This document shows positions 33,534 to 41,611 of a stretch of 64,000 nucleotides of DNA, piece by piece. The position numbers were made by a program, and so were the translations under genes. The notes beneath the pieces were generated by a model. The model saw nothing but the letters and a program-made list of their open reading frames with translations, was not told the DNA's origin and searched no databases. Numbering within the stretch: position 1 is the first letter of the stretch; each line of letters begins with the position of its first letter. This stretch comes from Thermodesulfobacteriota bacterium (GTDB lineage: Bacteria; Desulfobacterota_D; UBA1144; Nemesobacterales; UBA2774): positions 512,001-576,000 of the forward strand of contig OZ244991.1 of the NCBI GenBank assembly GCA_965223335.1. The letters are read 5' to 3'.

Positions 33534-33660
33534 TGCGCTGATTCTAATGACGATTTCGTGGGGATTTTCTCTGGGATTGCTTACATTCTGTGTGGTAAAA
33601 CTTGCAAAGAACCCCCAGAACGCATCAGTAATCAATAATAATAACAAGAAAAAAGATTAG
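33523..33660 (+). CDS. 45-aa single-TM peptide, MetS-like NSS transporter small subunit
   Basis: Manual translation [45 protein letters not shown]; overlaps the transporter stop. Confidence 0.65.
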   Translation: MELNALILMTISWGFSLGLLTFCVVKLAKNPQNASVINNNNKKKD

Positions 33661-33696
33661 ACTCGTTAATTTTTTAAGTACTAAAAAAGACTTAAC

Positions 33697-34479
33697 CTAC
33701 CGTTTATAAAAGTTTTTCTCCCATGTCTGGTGTTTTGACTGAGCTCTGCGCATTACCGGTGCATACGCTGCAGCATTGATCACAATGTTATTCAAGATGT
33801 TGAAGGGAAATTTTACAGGTCTTACAAAGTCCACAAACAGTATCGCTCTCAGCCCGGGAGTATCGTTCCACACTTGGTGGTTGAAAGTATCGTCAAAAAC
33901 AATGCTCTGGCCCTCTTCCCAATGAGCAATCTCGTCGTGTACGCGAATACGACACTGCTCCTTAGGCTCGGGCACGATTAGTCCCAAGTGATAACGCAAC
34001 ACCCCGTTATACGGCCCCTTATGGGGTGGAATGTGCTTATTGGGAGAAAGTATCGAGAAAAAGGCTGTTTTCATCCCCGGTATTTTTTTTAGTATCCTAG
34101 AGGTCTCGGGGCAGCGTTTTGCATTCTCTTCACTCTCAAGCCCATAGGCTGCCAGAAAATAGGTCTTCCACATGTTATCCGACGTTATCGTGTTTACCTC
34201 AGCCATGATGTCATGGAAGTTCGGCAGGTCCTCCCTACGTACCAGAACACTCTCGAGCTCCTCGCGTATCACTTTCCACTCGCTCTCTACCTCGCTAACC
34301 CACGGAAAGCAAGAGTTGTCGTATATAGGCGGGTCCCCGAACTTGGAGTATTTAATATTAAGCGCCTCCACCTTATTCACAAATGAAGAGATGAATCCAG
34401 ATGTATACTCTTTAGGTGGGTTTACTCCCCCGGGGTCTTTATCTGTATAGTTGTTAGAATTTTGATTTTGTTCTTCCAT
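33697..34479 (-). CDS. Aspartyl/asparaginyl beta-hydroxylase family (LpxO-like) Fe/2OG dioxygenase
   Basis: FFSILSP, HIPPHKGPYNGVLRYHLGL, FDDTFNHQVWN. Confidence 0.88.
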   Translation of the reverse strand: MEEQNQNSNNYTDKDPGGVNPPKEYTSGFISSFVNKVEALNIKYSKFGDPPIYDNSCFPWVSEVESEWKVIREELESVLVRREDLPNFHDIMAEVNTITSDNMWKTYFLAAYGLESEENAKRCPETSRILKKIPGMKTAFFSILSPNKHIPPHKGPYNGVLRYHLGLIVPEPKEQCRIRVHDEIAHWEEGQSIVFDDTFNHQVWNDTPGLRAILFVDFVRPVKFPFNILNNIVINAAAYAPVMRRAQSKHQTWEKNFYKR

Positions 34480-34508
34480 TAGACATACACCATCCTTTAG
34501 AGGATTTG

Positions 34509-35834
34509 TTACCGCAACGTATCCTTATCCGGCTTAATCCTACGCAACCTTATTATATCCTCTATTTGGTGAATTAAAAATAGAACTAGCGCGAGGCTTA
34601 AAAATCCCAGTACCCATGGATATCCCCCCACAATTGCAACCACTAAAAATCCGAGCGAGTAGAAGTTCCTACGGCTCATCGGTCTTACAATCTTTATCAG
34701 TTTGCGCATAAATGAACTGTTCTTTTCATCTACAAGCTTATCGACCTCGAAATATGATACCAGGCTGCCCGAGTCGGTATAGTGTCTTAGGAAATAGAAT
34801 GACCATATTACAAAAAATATGAATATCGACAAATTAAGCGCTCCCAACCAAAGAGCTATGGGTTTGCCGGATATTAAATAATATCCCACAGACACCCCGA
34901 TGATGAACGACAAGACAGTGCCCTGGTCCGAAATCGTATCCACCCACTGACCTTTTTTAGTCTCCATTAGCCTTACCCTGGCCACTTCACCGTCACAACG
35001 GTCAAGTATAGTAGCAATCTGCATACACACGGCACCTATCACAGGGTGGCCGAATGCATAGAAAGGCCCGGACATCATCCCTATAATATTTATCAACACG
35101 CTGATCATGTTGGGCGTGAGAGGGGTTTTGATCAACTGCCTACTAGTGCGTAGTGAGAATTGGCTGTTTATATTGCGCGAGATCCAACCCGTAGCAGTCT
35201 TGCCCACATGGGCAAACAACAGGTCCTCTGCAGCTTTTGCCGAATTCTCCCCCGAATCAAGCCTCATCCAATAACTATCGCTGAATGGGACCATCTTCAC
35301 TTTATCTCTCCCCGCAAGCTCATTCACAAGGGACTGCAAACACATGGAATTCGCCACAGATTTTTCGAGCAACTCCCCCGACACTATAAACGCTCCCACA
35401 GCTCTTCCCCCTCCAGAGAAAAGGTCTGTAACGTTATCAGCATCCGCTTTTATCCAAGCGTCTTTTGATGTATCCACCAAAAGCGCCATCTCATCTTGCG
35501 ACTCCGATGTAGCACTCATAAAATTTTCCAGTGCCTGGGGGGTAGTAAATAGGTTTGACTGCAAAACCAAGTATGGCTCACTGTTTAGGTTTAGACCATT
35601 ACCCATTGCGTGCCACTCGATGTGGCTCTCGATTCGTTTATCACTATCGATTAAGTCTTTTAGGGGGGATTCACTATCCGGTGTAATTATTGTAAATCGT
35701 GTAATACCGGCCCGCTGCGCAACGATCAGTTGTCTTTTTAACTGTGGGAGTGTGCCGAAAACAACGTCGCCAAACGAAGCAAGATCCTCTTGTTCAATGC
35801 CGGTACCTGCTGCGACAATAATTGCATGGTCCAT
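34509..35834 (-). CDS. CDP-alcohol phosphotransferase with degenerate N-terminal nucleotidyltransferase-like domain
   Basis: TPNMIS and DRCDGEVAR...G...DTISD signature; N-terminal AIIVAAG without the usual xRL/PK residues. Confidence 0.85.
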   Translation of the reverse strand: MDHAIIVAAGTGIEQEDLASFGDVVFGTLPQLKRQLIVAQRAGITRFTIITPDSESPLKDLIDSDKRIESHIEWHAMGNGLNLNSEPYLVLQSNLFTTPQALENFMSATSESQDEMALLVDTSKDAWIKADADNVTDLFSGGGRAVGAFIVSGELLEKSVANSMCLQSLVNELAGRDKVKMVPFSDSYWMRLDSGENSAKAAEDLLFAHVGKTATGWISRNINSQFSLRTSRQLIKTPLTPNMISVLINIIGMMSGPFYAFGHPVIGAVCMQIATILDRCDGEVARVRLMETKKGQWVDTISDQGTVLSFIIGVSVGYYLISGKPIALWLGALNLSIFIFFVIWSFYFLRHYTDSGSLVSYFEVDKLVDEKNSSFMRKLIKIVRPMSRRNFYSLGFLVVAIVGGYPWVLGFLSLALVLFLIHQIEDIIRLRRIKPDKDTLR

Positions 35835-35838
35835 TTCG

Positions 35839-36612
35839 TTAACTAGTTTCTACAACTCTTAGGACCCTTTCTTGGTAGGTATGCTTAATAAACTTATCCG
35901 AGTTAAATCTAGCTTTGAATAGGTCACTTGGATAATCAACGTCCATCCAAAACAGCTCATTAATATCAAGCGACTTCACTTTATAACCTTTATTGATAAG
36001 TCTGTCTATAGCCGATATATACCATTTATTTTCAGCCCCGTCAGTCCTCATTTCTTCCTCTATGGCCCTCTTCATGAGCTCAACCCCGGTGTCGCGGAAC
36101 ACTCTAACACCCACAGACTCCGCAGACGCTCTGCCATGGAGCGACTTGCCGATATTCACAACCTTGCCCTGCTCTATTACAACCTTCATGTCTTCGTCTT
36201 CATAGCCTGACTTCTGTTTCACAGGTAGGCAAATCTTTTCGTCGCGGATTGTCAGAACCTGTTCCAATACCTCTATATCAAACACGTCGTCCCCGTTCAT
36301 TACTACCATATCATCATCCATCTCCCCCCTTGCTATCCAAAGAGAAATTAGGCTGTTTGTAGTTTGATAGAACGGATTATAGAGAGTTTTTATCCTCATT
36401 CCCAACCCGTCGTAATTTCTTAGAAAATTCTCAACTTTCTCGAATCCGAAACCCACAACAATAACCACTTCGTCAATACCACAGTCACGAATGTGGTTGA
36501 TTTGGTGCTCAAGAATAGTCTCTCCGCCCACATCTAGCAAGCACTTCGGAATGTACTTTGTATAAGGGTATAGCCTCTTTCCCCTACCCGCTGCAAGTAT
36601 AACAGCTTTCAT
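35839..36612 (-). CDS. Cytidylyltransferase (LicC/IPCT-like NTP transferase)
   Basis: ILAAGRGKRL, PKCLL, YNPFY..TNSLISL, NGD, WMDVDYPSD. Confidence 0.88.
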   Translation of the reverse strand: MKAVILAAGRGKRLYPYTKYIPKCLLDVGGETILEHQINHIRDCGIDEVVIVVGFGFEKVENFLRNYDGLGMRIKTLYNPFYQTTNSLISLWIARGEMDDDMVVMNGDDVFDIEVLEQVLTIRDEKICLPVKQKSGYEDEDMKVVIEQGKVVNIGKSLHGRASAESVGVRVFRDTGVELMKRAIEEEMRTDGAENKWYISAIDRLINKGYKVKSLDINELFWMDVDYPSDLFKARFNSDKFIKHTYQERVLRVVETS

Positions 36613-36895
36613 ATTCTCTTCTCCAACTCTCGTTAACTAAATATGGCGATCTGTTTATAATGGATACAACTTTAGGATAAAGCAGTGCGTTGATGTGCTC
36701 CATCCTTCTCCTCCTCTCTATGGCTTAATTTATAACCTCCCTAGCAACGCATGTCAATAAGTTAGATGCGGAAACACTTTGAAAGCTTCAGAATTTGTTG
36801 AAAAATTTATTGCGCAAAAACAGAGCTAAGTCTTAAGATATGTAAGGCGTAACAAACCAAAATTTTGAGGTCCGGATTGCAGGCTTACTCAGCAG

Positions 36896-37285
36896 CTACT
36901 CGCCAGCCAAGGTAAGCTTATTCTCTTTGCTCTTAGGAGGTTCGATACGGTTTTGCTCGTCTACATATACTAGTTTAGGTCTGTGATCGAGGCATTCATC
37001 CTCTGGGTAGGATGAAAAGCTTGCGATTATAAGGCAGTCCCCTTCCCTTGCCAAGTGTGCAGCTGCACCGTTAACACAGATCTCGCGGTCTCCTGCCTTG
37101 CCCTCTATCACATAGGTTGAGAACCTGTGACCGTTTGTAACGTTAAAAATGTGCACCTTTTCATAAGGCAGCAGATCCGCAGCATCCATAAGCTCGCGGT
37201 CGAGTGTGAGGCTCCCCTCGTATTCAAGGTCGGCTTCGGTCACTGTTGCCCTATGTATTTTTGATTTTAGGAGTGTTCTATTCAT
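36896..37285 (-). CDS. panD: Aspartate 1-decarboxylase
   Basis: [14 protein letters not shown] cleavage site, NGAAAH. Confidence 0.96.
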   Translation of the reverse strand: MNRTLLKSKIHRATVTEADLEYEGSLTLDRELMDAADLLPYEKVHIFNVTNGHRFSTYVIEGKAGDREICVNGAAAHLAREGDCLIIASFSSYPEDECLDHRPKLVYVDEQNRIEPPKSKENKLTLAGE

Positions 37286-37312
37286 TCTTCTGCCCCCTCC
37301 TTCTTATATATA

Positions 37313-38176
37313 TTATAATATAATATTGTCAATTAATCTTGCCTTGCCCACGTGCACCGCAATACCTACATAATCCCCTTCTCTGGCCTCGGTCCTAGAC
37401 CCAAGAGTCTCGGGATCACAGATCTCGAGGTAATCAATCTCATCTATCTTTGCCTCGTGCAAAATTGCCCTGCCTACGGATACCAGTTGCTCCACCTTTG
37501 TAATACCCGCCTCGAATCTGTCCTTAATCGCAAATAGCGCCCTCGAAACCGATTGCGCCCTAGAGTGTTCGGATTTCGATAGATAAGCGTTGCGCGAGCT
37601 AAGCGCAAGCCCGCTTTCCTCCCTCACAATGGGCAGGCCGAAAATCTCGATGTTTAAATTCAAGTCCCCAACCATAGCCTCAATCACACGGAGCTGCTGA
37701 TAGTCCTTGCGACCGAAAAACGCCTTGTGCGGCATAACGATATTAAACAGTTTAAGCACCACAGTTGCCACACCGCGAAAGTGGCCCTCCCTGAATTTCC
37801 CGCAAAGTGGCTTCTCGAGCTCGGTCACGTTGAGGTAGGTCTGGTAACCATCGGGGTATATATCACCAGCTTCGGGGGCAAAAAGTATGTCAACTCCCTG
37901 GGTCTCAAGCTTCTTGATATCCCCCTCCATGTCCCTTGTGTATTCCTTATAATCCTCGGCGGGACCGAACTGTGTGGGGTTTACGAATATGCTCGCAACC
38001 ACCACATCACCACTTGCCTTTGCCTCCCTTATAAGGCTTAGGTGCCCCTCGTGCAAATAGCCCATGGTCGGCACAAAGGTTATAACACTGCCGTTTAGCC
38101 TGTAAGAGTTAGATGTGTCCTGCATCTGGGCTATGCCTGTAATTATTTGTAATTTTGATTCGTTACTCATATCCAT
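37313..38176 (-). CDS. panC: Pantoate--beta-alanine ligase
   Basis: VPTMGYLHEGH, FVNPTQF, GHFRGV, KDYQQ, SSRN, RLIDN. Confidence 0.97.
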   Translation of the reverse strand: MDMSNESKLQIITGIAQMQDTSNSYRLNGSVITFVPTMGYLHEGHLSLIREAKASGDVVVASIFVNPTQFGPAEDYKEYTRDMEGDIKKLETQGVDILFAPEAGDIYPDGYQTYLNVTELEKPLCGKFREGHFRGVATVVLKLFNIVMPHKAFFGRKDYQQLRVIEAMVGDLNLNIEIFGLPIVREESGLALSSRNAYLSKSEHSRAQSVSRALFAIKDRFEAGITKVEQLVSVGRAILHEAKIDEIDYLEICDPETLGSRTEAREGDYVGIAVHVGKARLIDNIIL

Positions 38177-38963
38177 GCTCTTTTTTGGGAAACTTTCGTG
38201 TCTTTATATCATTAATATACTCTTTGGTGGCATCGGTGATTACCCGGTTTAACTCGGCATATTTCTTTACAAACCTGGGTAGGGGCTCTGGCGATATGCC
38301 CAACATATCGTGGAACACCAGTACCTGCCCGTCGCAGTACTTCCCCGCCCCTATACCGATCGTTGGTATCTTTATCGACTCGCTGATCCTTTTAGCCGGG
38401 CCGATGGGGATGCTTTCCAGCACCAGTGCATATGCACCGGCCTGCTCGATGGATTTTGCCAGTTTTACTAATTTATTGGCCTCGCTTTTAGTCCTGCCCT
38501 GCACCTTATAGCCGCCCATCTGATGGTAGTTCTGTGGGCGTAGCCCAATATGCGCCATCACGGGGATCCCCGTCTTCACTATCTCGGTGATCGTATCCAG
38601 ATAGTCTTCCGTAATCTCTAGCTTTACCGAGTGGGCATTGGCCTCTTTAATCAGACGCGAAGCGTTCTTAACAGCATCGAGCTTAGAGGTTTGATACGAC
38701 ATAAACGGCATATCCGCACAGAGGTGTGCCCTCTTAATACCGCGTGATACAATCTTGGTGTGGTAAACCATCTCGTCCATGCTTACGGGCAGTGTATTTT
38801 CGCGACCCTGTATCACATTGCCCAGAGAATCCCCAACCAATACAATATCAATACCCGCTTTATCTACAAGCCTTGCTGTAGGGGTATCGTACGCTGTGAT
38901 AACGGCGATTTTCTCCCCCTGTTTTTTCATCTCTTGCAAATATGGGACAGTGATTTTGTTCAT
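38163..38963 (-). CDS. panB: 3-methyl-2-oxobutanoate hydroxymethyltransferase
   Basis: TAYD, LVGDSLG, DMPFMSY, HIGL, IGIGAG, DGQVLV. Confidence 0.96.
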   Translation of the reverse strand: MNKITVPYLQEMKKQGEKIAVITAYDTPTARLVDKAGIDIVLVGDSLGNVIQGRENTLPVSMDEMVYHTKIVSRGIKRAHLCADMPFMSYQTSKLDAVKNASRLIKEANAHSVKLEITEDYLDTITEIVKTGIPVMAHIGLRPQNYHQMGGYKVQGRTKSEANKLVKLAKSIEQAGAYALVLESIPIGPAKRISESIKIPTIGIGAGKYCDGQVLVFHDMLGISPEPLPRFVKKYAELNRVITDATKEYINDIKTRKFPKKEHGYE

Positions 38964-38967
38964 CTCA

Positions 38968-39007
38968 AATAAAAAGCCGGCAAGGCCGAACTAGCCCCAA
39001 CCGGCTT
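38968..39007 (-). terminator. Intrinsic terminator in the panB leader (attenuator-like)
   Basis: Minus strand AAGCCGG-TT-GGGGC-TAGTTCG-GCCTT-G-CCGGCTT-TTTATTT ends a few nt before the panB ATG. Confidence 0.7.
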
Positions 39008-39063
39008 GGTTATAGTCTATATAATATTTTCGGGTTTAAGTATATGATTACTCAAATGAACCT

Positions 39064-39095
39064 CCGTCTCGGTCCTACGAATAAGATCCAAGCGG
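39064..39095 (-). ncRNA. pan-motif-like cis-regulatory RNA hairpin
   Basis: Minus strand CCG-CUUGG-A-UCUUA-UUCG-UAGGA-CCGAG-A-CGG: hairpin with two bulged As and a UUCG loop, upstream of panBCD. Confidence 0.75.
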
Positions 39096-39227
39096 TACTG
39101 CATCATTATCGTGTTCGTTAGTCCGCCCCCAATCCCAACAAACGAAACTACATTTATTAAAATAAATTACGACATCAAAAAGTCAAACAATTACAAATAG
39201 TAACGCAGATATGGGTATAATTCTCCA

Positions 39228-40013
39228 ATGAAGATTTATCAGGTCGACGCATTTACGGATAAACCGTTTTCGGGAAATCCCGCTGCGGTTTGTATTCTGG
39301 AAAATGAGATGGACAACTCCTGGATGCAAAAAGTTGCAGGGGAAATGAACCTGCCCGAGACAGCTTTCGTCCTGAAACGTAACAACCACTATCAACTCAG
39401 ATGGTTTACCCCAATCCTCGAGGTAGAGCTATGCGGCCACGCAACCTTGGCAAGCGCACACATATTATATGAATCAGGCGAGGTCGGTCTCACAAGCCCA
39501 ATACTATTCAATACAAAGAGCGGGGACTTGAAGGTCAGTTTTAAAGAACCATACTACGAGATGGACTTCCCGCTTGAACCGCCGAAGGTATGTGATGCTC
39601 CCGACGGCCTTTTATCGGCTATCGATGCTACACCTTTATATATAGGCAGAAACAGGATGGATTACATTCTGGAGCTTGGGTCGGAATCCATTGTAAGATA
39701 TTGCACACCTGATCTCGCAAAGCTAACAGGGATTGATGCACGCGGTGTAATCATAACAAGTCTCTCGGATTCCGGGAAGTACGATTTCATCTCTAGGTTT
39801 TTTGCCCCCAGGTTCGGTATAGACGAGGACCCGGTTACGGGCTCTGCCCACTGCTGTCTCGGCCCCTATTGGGGCAACAAACTCAACAAGACCGAGCTAA
39901 GCGCATTCCAGGCATCACCGAGAGGAGGTTATATTAATATGGTATTAAAAGGGAAGCGGATTCTGCTATCTGGTCAAGCCGTAACAGTGCTTAGCGGAGA
40001 GATTAATTGCTGA
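39228..40013 (+). CDS. PhzF family isomerase/epimerase
   Basis: QVDAFT..PFSGNPAAV, EMNLPETAF, LCGHATLA, EDPVTGSAH. Confidence 0.93.
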   Translation: MKIYQVDAFTDKPFSGNPAAVCILENEMDNSWMQKVAGEMNLPETAFVLKRNNHYQLRWFTPILEVELCGHATLASAHILYESGEVGLTSPILFNTKSGDLKVSFKEPYYEMDFPLEPPKVCDAPDGLLSAIDATPLYIGRNRMDYILELGSESIVRYCTPDLAKLTGIDARGVIITSLSDSGKYDFISRFFAPRFGIDEDPVTGSAHCCLGPYWGNKLNKTELSAFQASPRGGYINMVLKGKRILLSGQAVTVLSGEINC

Positions 40014-40118
40014 GGAACTTGCCGTCTATTACTTGCCAAACAGTTCAGTTACAAGTAGGTTGCACTGCTTGAAAATCGGCCTACATAGTTCATAATACTT
40101 CAGATCACACATACATAG

Positions 40119-40193
40119 GGCGGCGTAGCCAAGTGGTAAGGCAGCGGTCTGCAAAACCGCAATGCCCCGGTTCGAATCCGGGCGCCGCCTCCA
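40119..40193 (+). tRNA. tRNA-Cys(GCA)
   Basis: GGCGGCG acceptor, GCGGT-CTGCAAA-ACCGC, GGTTCGAATCC, ends TCCA. Confidence 0.96.
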
Positions 40194-40221
40194 ATTACAT
40201 GCTCTAATACACCTGAAACTA

Positions 40222-40308
40222 GCCCGGGTGGCGGAATTGGCAGACGCATTGGACTTAAAATCCAATGGGCATACGCCCGTGCCGGTTCGATCCCGGCCCC
40301 GGGCACCA
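40222..40308 (+). tRNA. tRNA-Leu(TAA)
   Basis: GCCCGGG acceptor, TTGGA-CTTAAAA-TCCAA, long variable arm, ends ACCA. Confidence 0.96.
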
Positions 40309-40516
40309 GTTTTTAATCCATCCAACATCGTAACACTATAATGAATCGACCCTCTGATCACTATGATTTCGTGTAATTATTTACTGTAAAAAACCCTTCC
40401 ATTATTAAGAATTTCGTTGTAGAATGATGTTTAAAATTTATTTCCACTAAAGATAATAAAATTATTCTGCAACCTCGAATAGTTTTATTACCCATAATAT
40501 TAAGGAGGAATTAAGG

Positions 40517-41557
40517 ATGATTCAGAGTACAGTATCAAGAGTAATTTGCTTAGCTTTTATAGCTGTGTTTGCAGTTATGCCAATGTTACCAAAAGACGCA
40601 AATGCAGGATTTGAGGTGGACTTTATAGATCAGACCGACCAGGCCACTGATAATCTGGTTGTGTTCTGGGATATGCGTATGGCGCGCCAGACCTTTGCAC
40701 AGGTAACTAATGTAGGTAATGGCACGCTATCAGTACACGTTCAAATCTTTAACGTCACTTCGCCCGTTACAGTCTGTGAAGAGACCGACTTCAACGACCA
40801 GTTCACTGCCGGTGACACGCACGTCTATGATTTGGGCAACCTAGTGTCGAACAACGATGCCGATGGATTAGGTGGAGTTGGATTCTCAGCCCCGGCTGCG
40901 GACCTTGACGAAGGTTATGGCCTGCTTGTAGTATCCGCAATCCTAGGCCCTCGTGATGCCCTTATCGGCATGTTTCGCATCGTAGACGGCGACGGAGACT
41001 TCGAGTACAGGACAAACGCTTCTGGTGAGGAATTTACGCAAGCTGGTCTCTGGAATATAGCCGACCTCAACTTCAACGCCGTGGACGGTTCTAATCTTTC
41101 CGATGTCGTAGGTTTAGTGTACAGAAGGGTAAGTGGTTCTTCTGTAATTGCCAGCCCTCTAATCCAGGCAGTGTTTGGCAATGCTACTGGTGATGTTGGC
41201 AGCACGAATCCCCAGATCCATATATTTGACGAGTTCGAGAGCCCAACATCCTGCAGCCCCTCAACTTTTGCATGCGCCCCCACACTGCTAGACAAGGGCA
41301 TAGACAACTTCCATCCCAACAGTAAGGGTGAAGTAAACAGGATTTGTAACGATAGTGTAGACGTAGGGTGGCTCTATATGCCGCTTCAGAGATTCAACTG
41401 CTTCGATCAAGACCCGGATGCGGGTAATTGCCAGTCGCTAAACCTATTCGTAGGGTTTTTGGGCCTTAACAACGGCAACGGCACCGGTTCTATGGACTCG
41501 TGGTGGACACCGAGCCTATTCGATGAGTCTCCACTAATTGGTGTTATTGGACCGTAA
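40517..41557 (+). CDS. Secreted Cys-containing protein, family A copy 1
   Basis: RBS AAGGAGG, signal peptide, paralog of 43763 and 47157; C-terminal GLNNGNGTGSMDSWW. Confidence 0.9.
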   Translation: MIQSTVSRVICLAFIAVFAVMPMLPKDANAGFEVDFIDQTDQATDNLVVFWDMRMARQTFAQVTNVGNGTLSVHVQIFNVTSPVTVCEETDFNDQFTAGDTHVYDLGNLVSNNDADGLGGVGFSAPAADLDEGYGLLVVSAILGPRDALIGMFRIVDGDGDFEYRTNASGEEFTQAGLWNIADLNFNAVDGSNLSDVVGLVYRRVSGSSVIASPLIQAVFGNATGDVGSTNPQIHIFDEFESPTSCSPSTFACAPTLLDKGIDNFHPNSKGEVNRICNDSVDVGWLYMPLQRFNCFDQDPDAGNCQSLNLFVGFLGLNNGNGTGSMDSWWTPSLFDESPLIGVIGP

Positions 41558-41611
41558 ATATCAAATGAAAATAAAAAACAAAAGATGAAAAACTCAAAGG
41601 AGGAAACACGG

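Noticed and set aside
40029..40361. Minus-strand ORFs of 110 and 68 aa
   Set aside because: They overlap tRNA-Cys and tRNA-Leu on the opposite strand.
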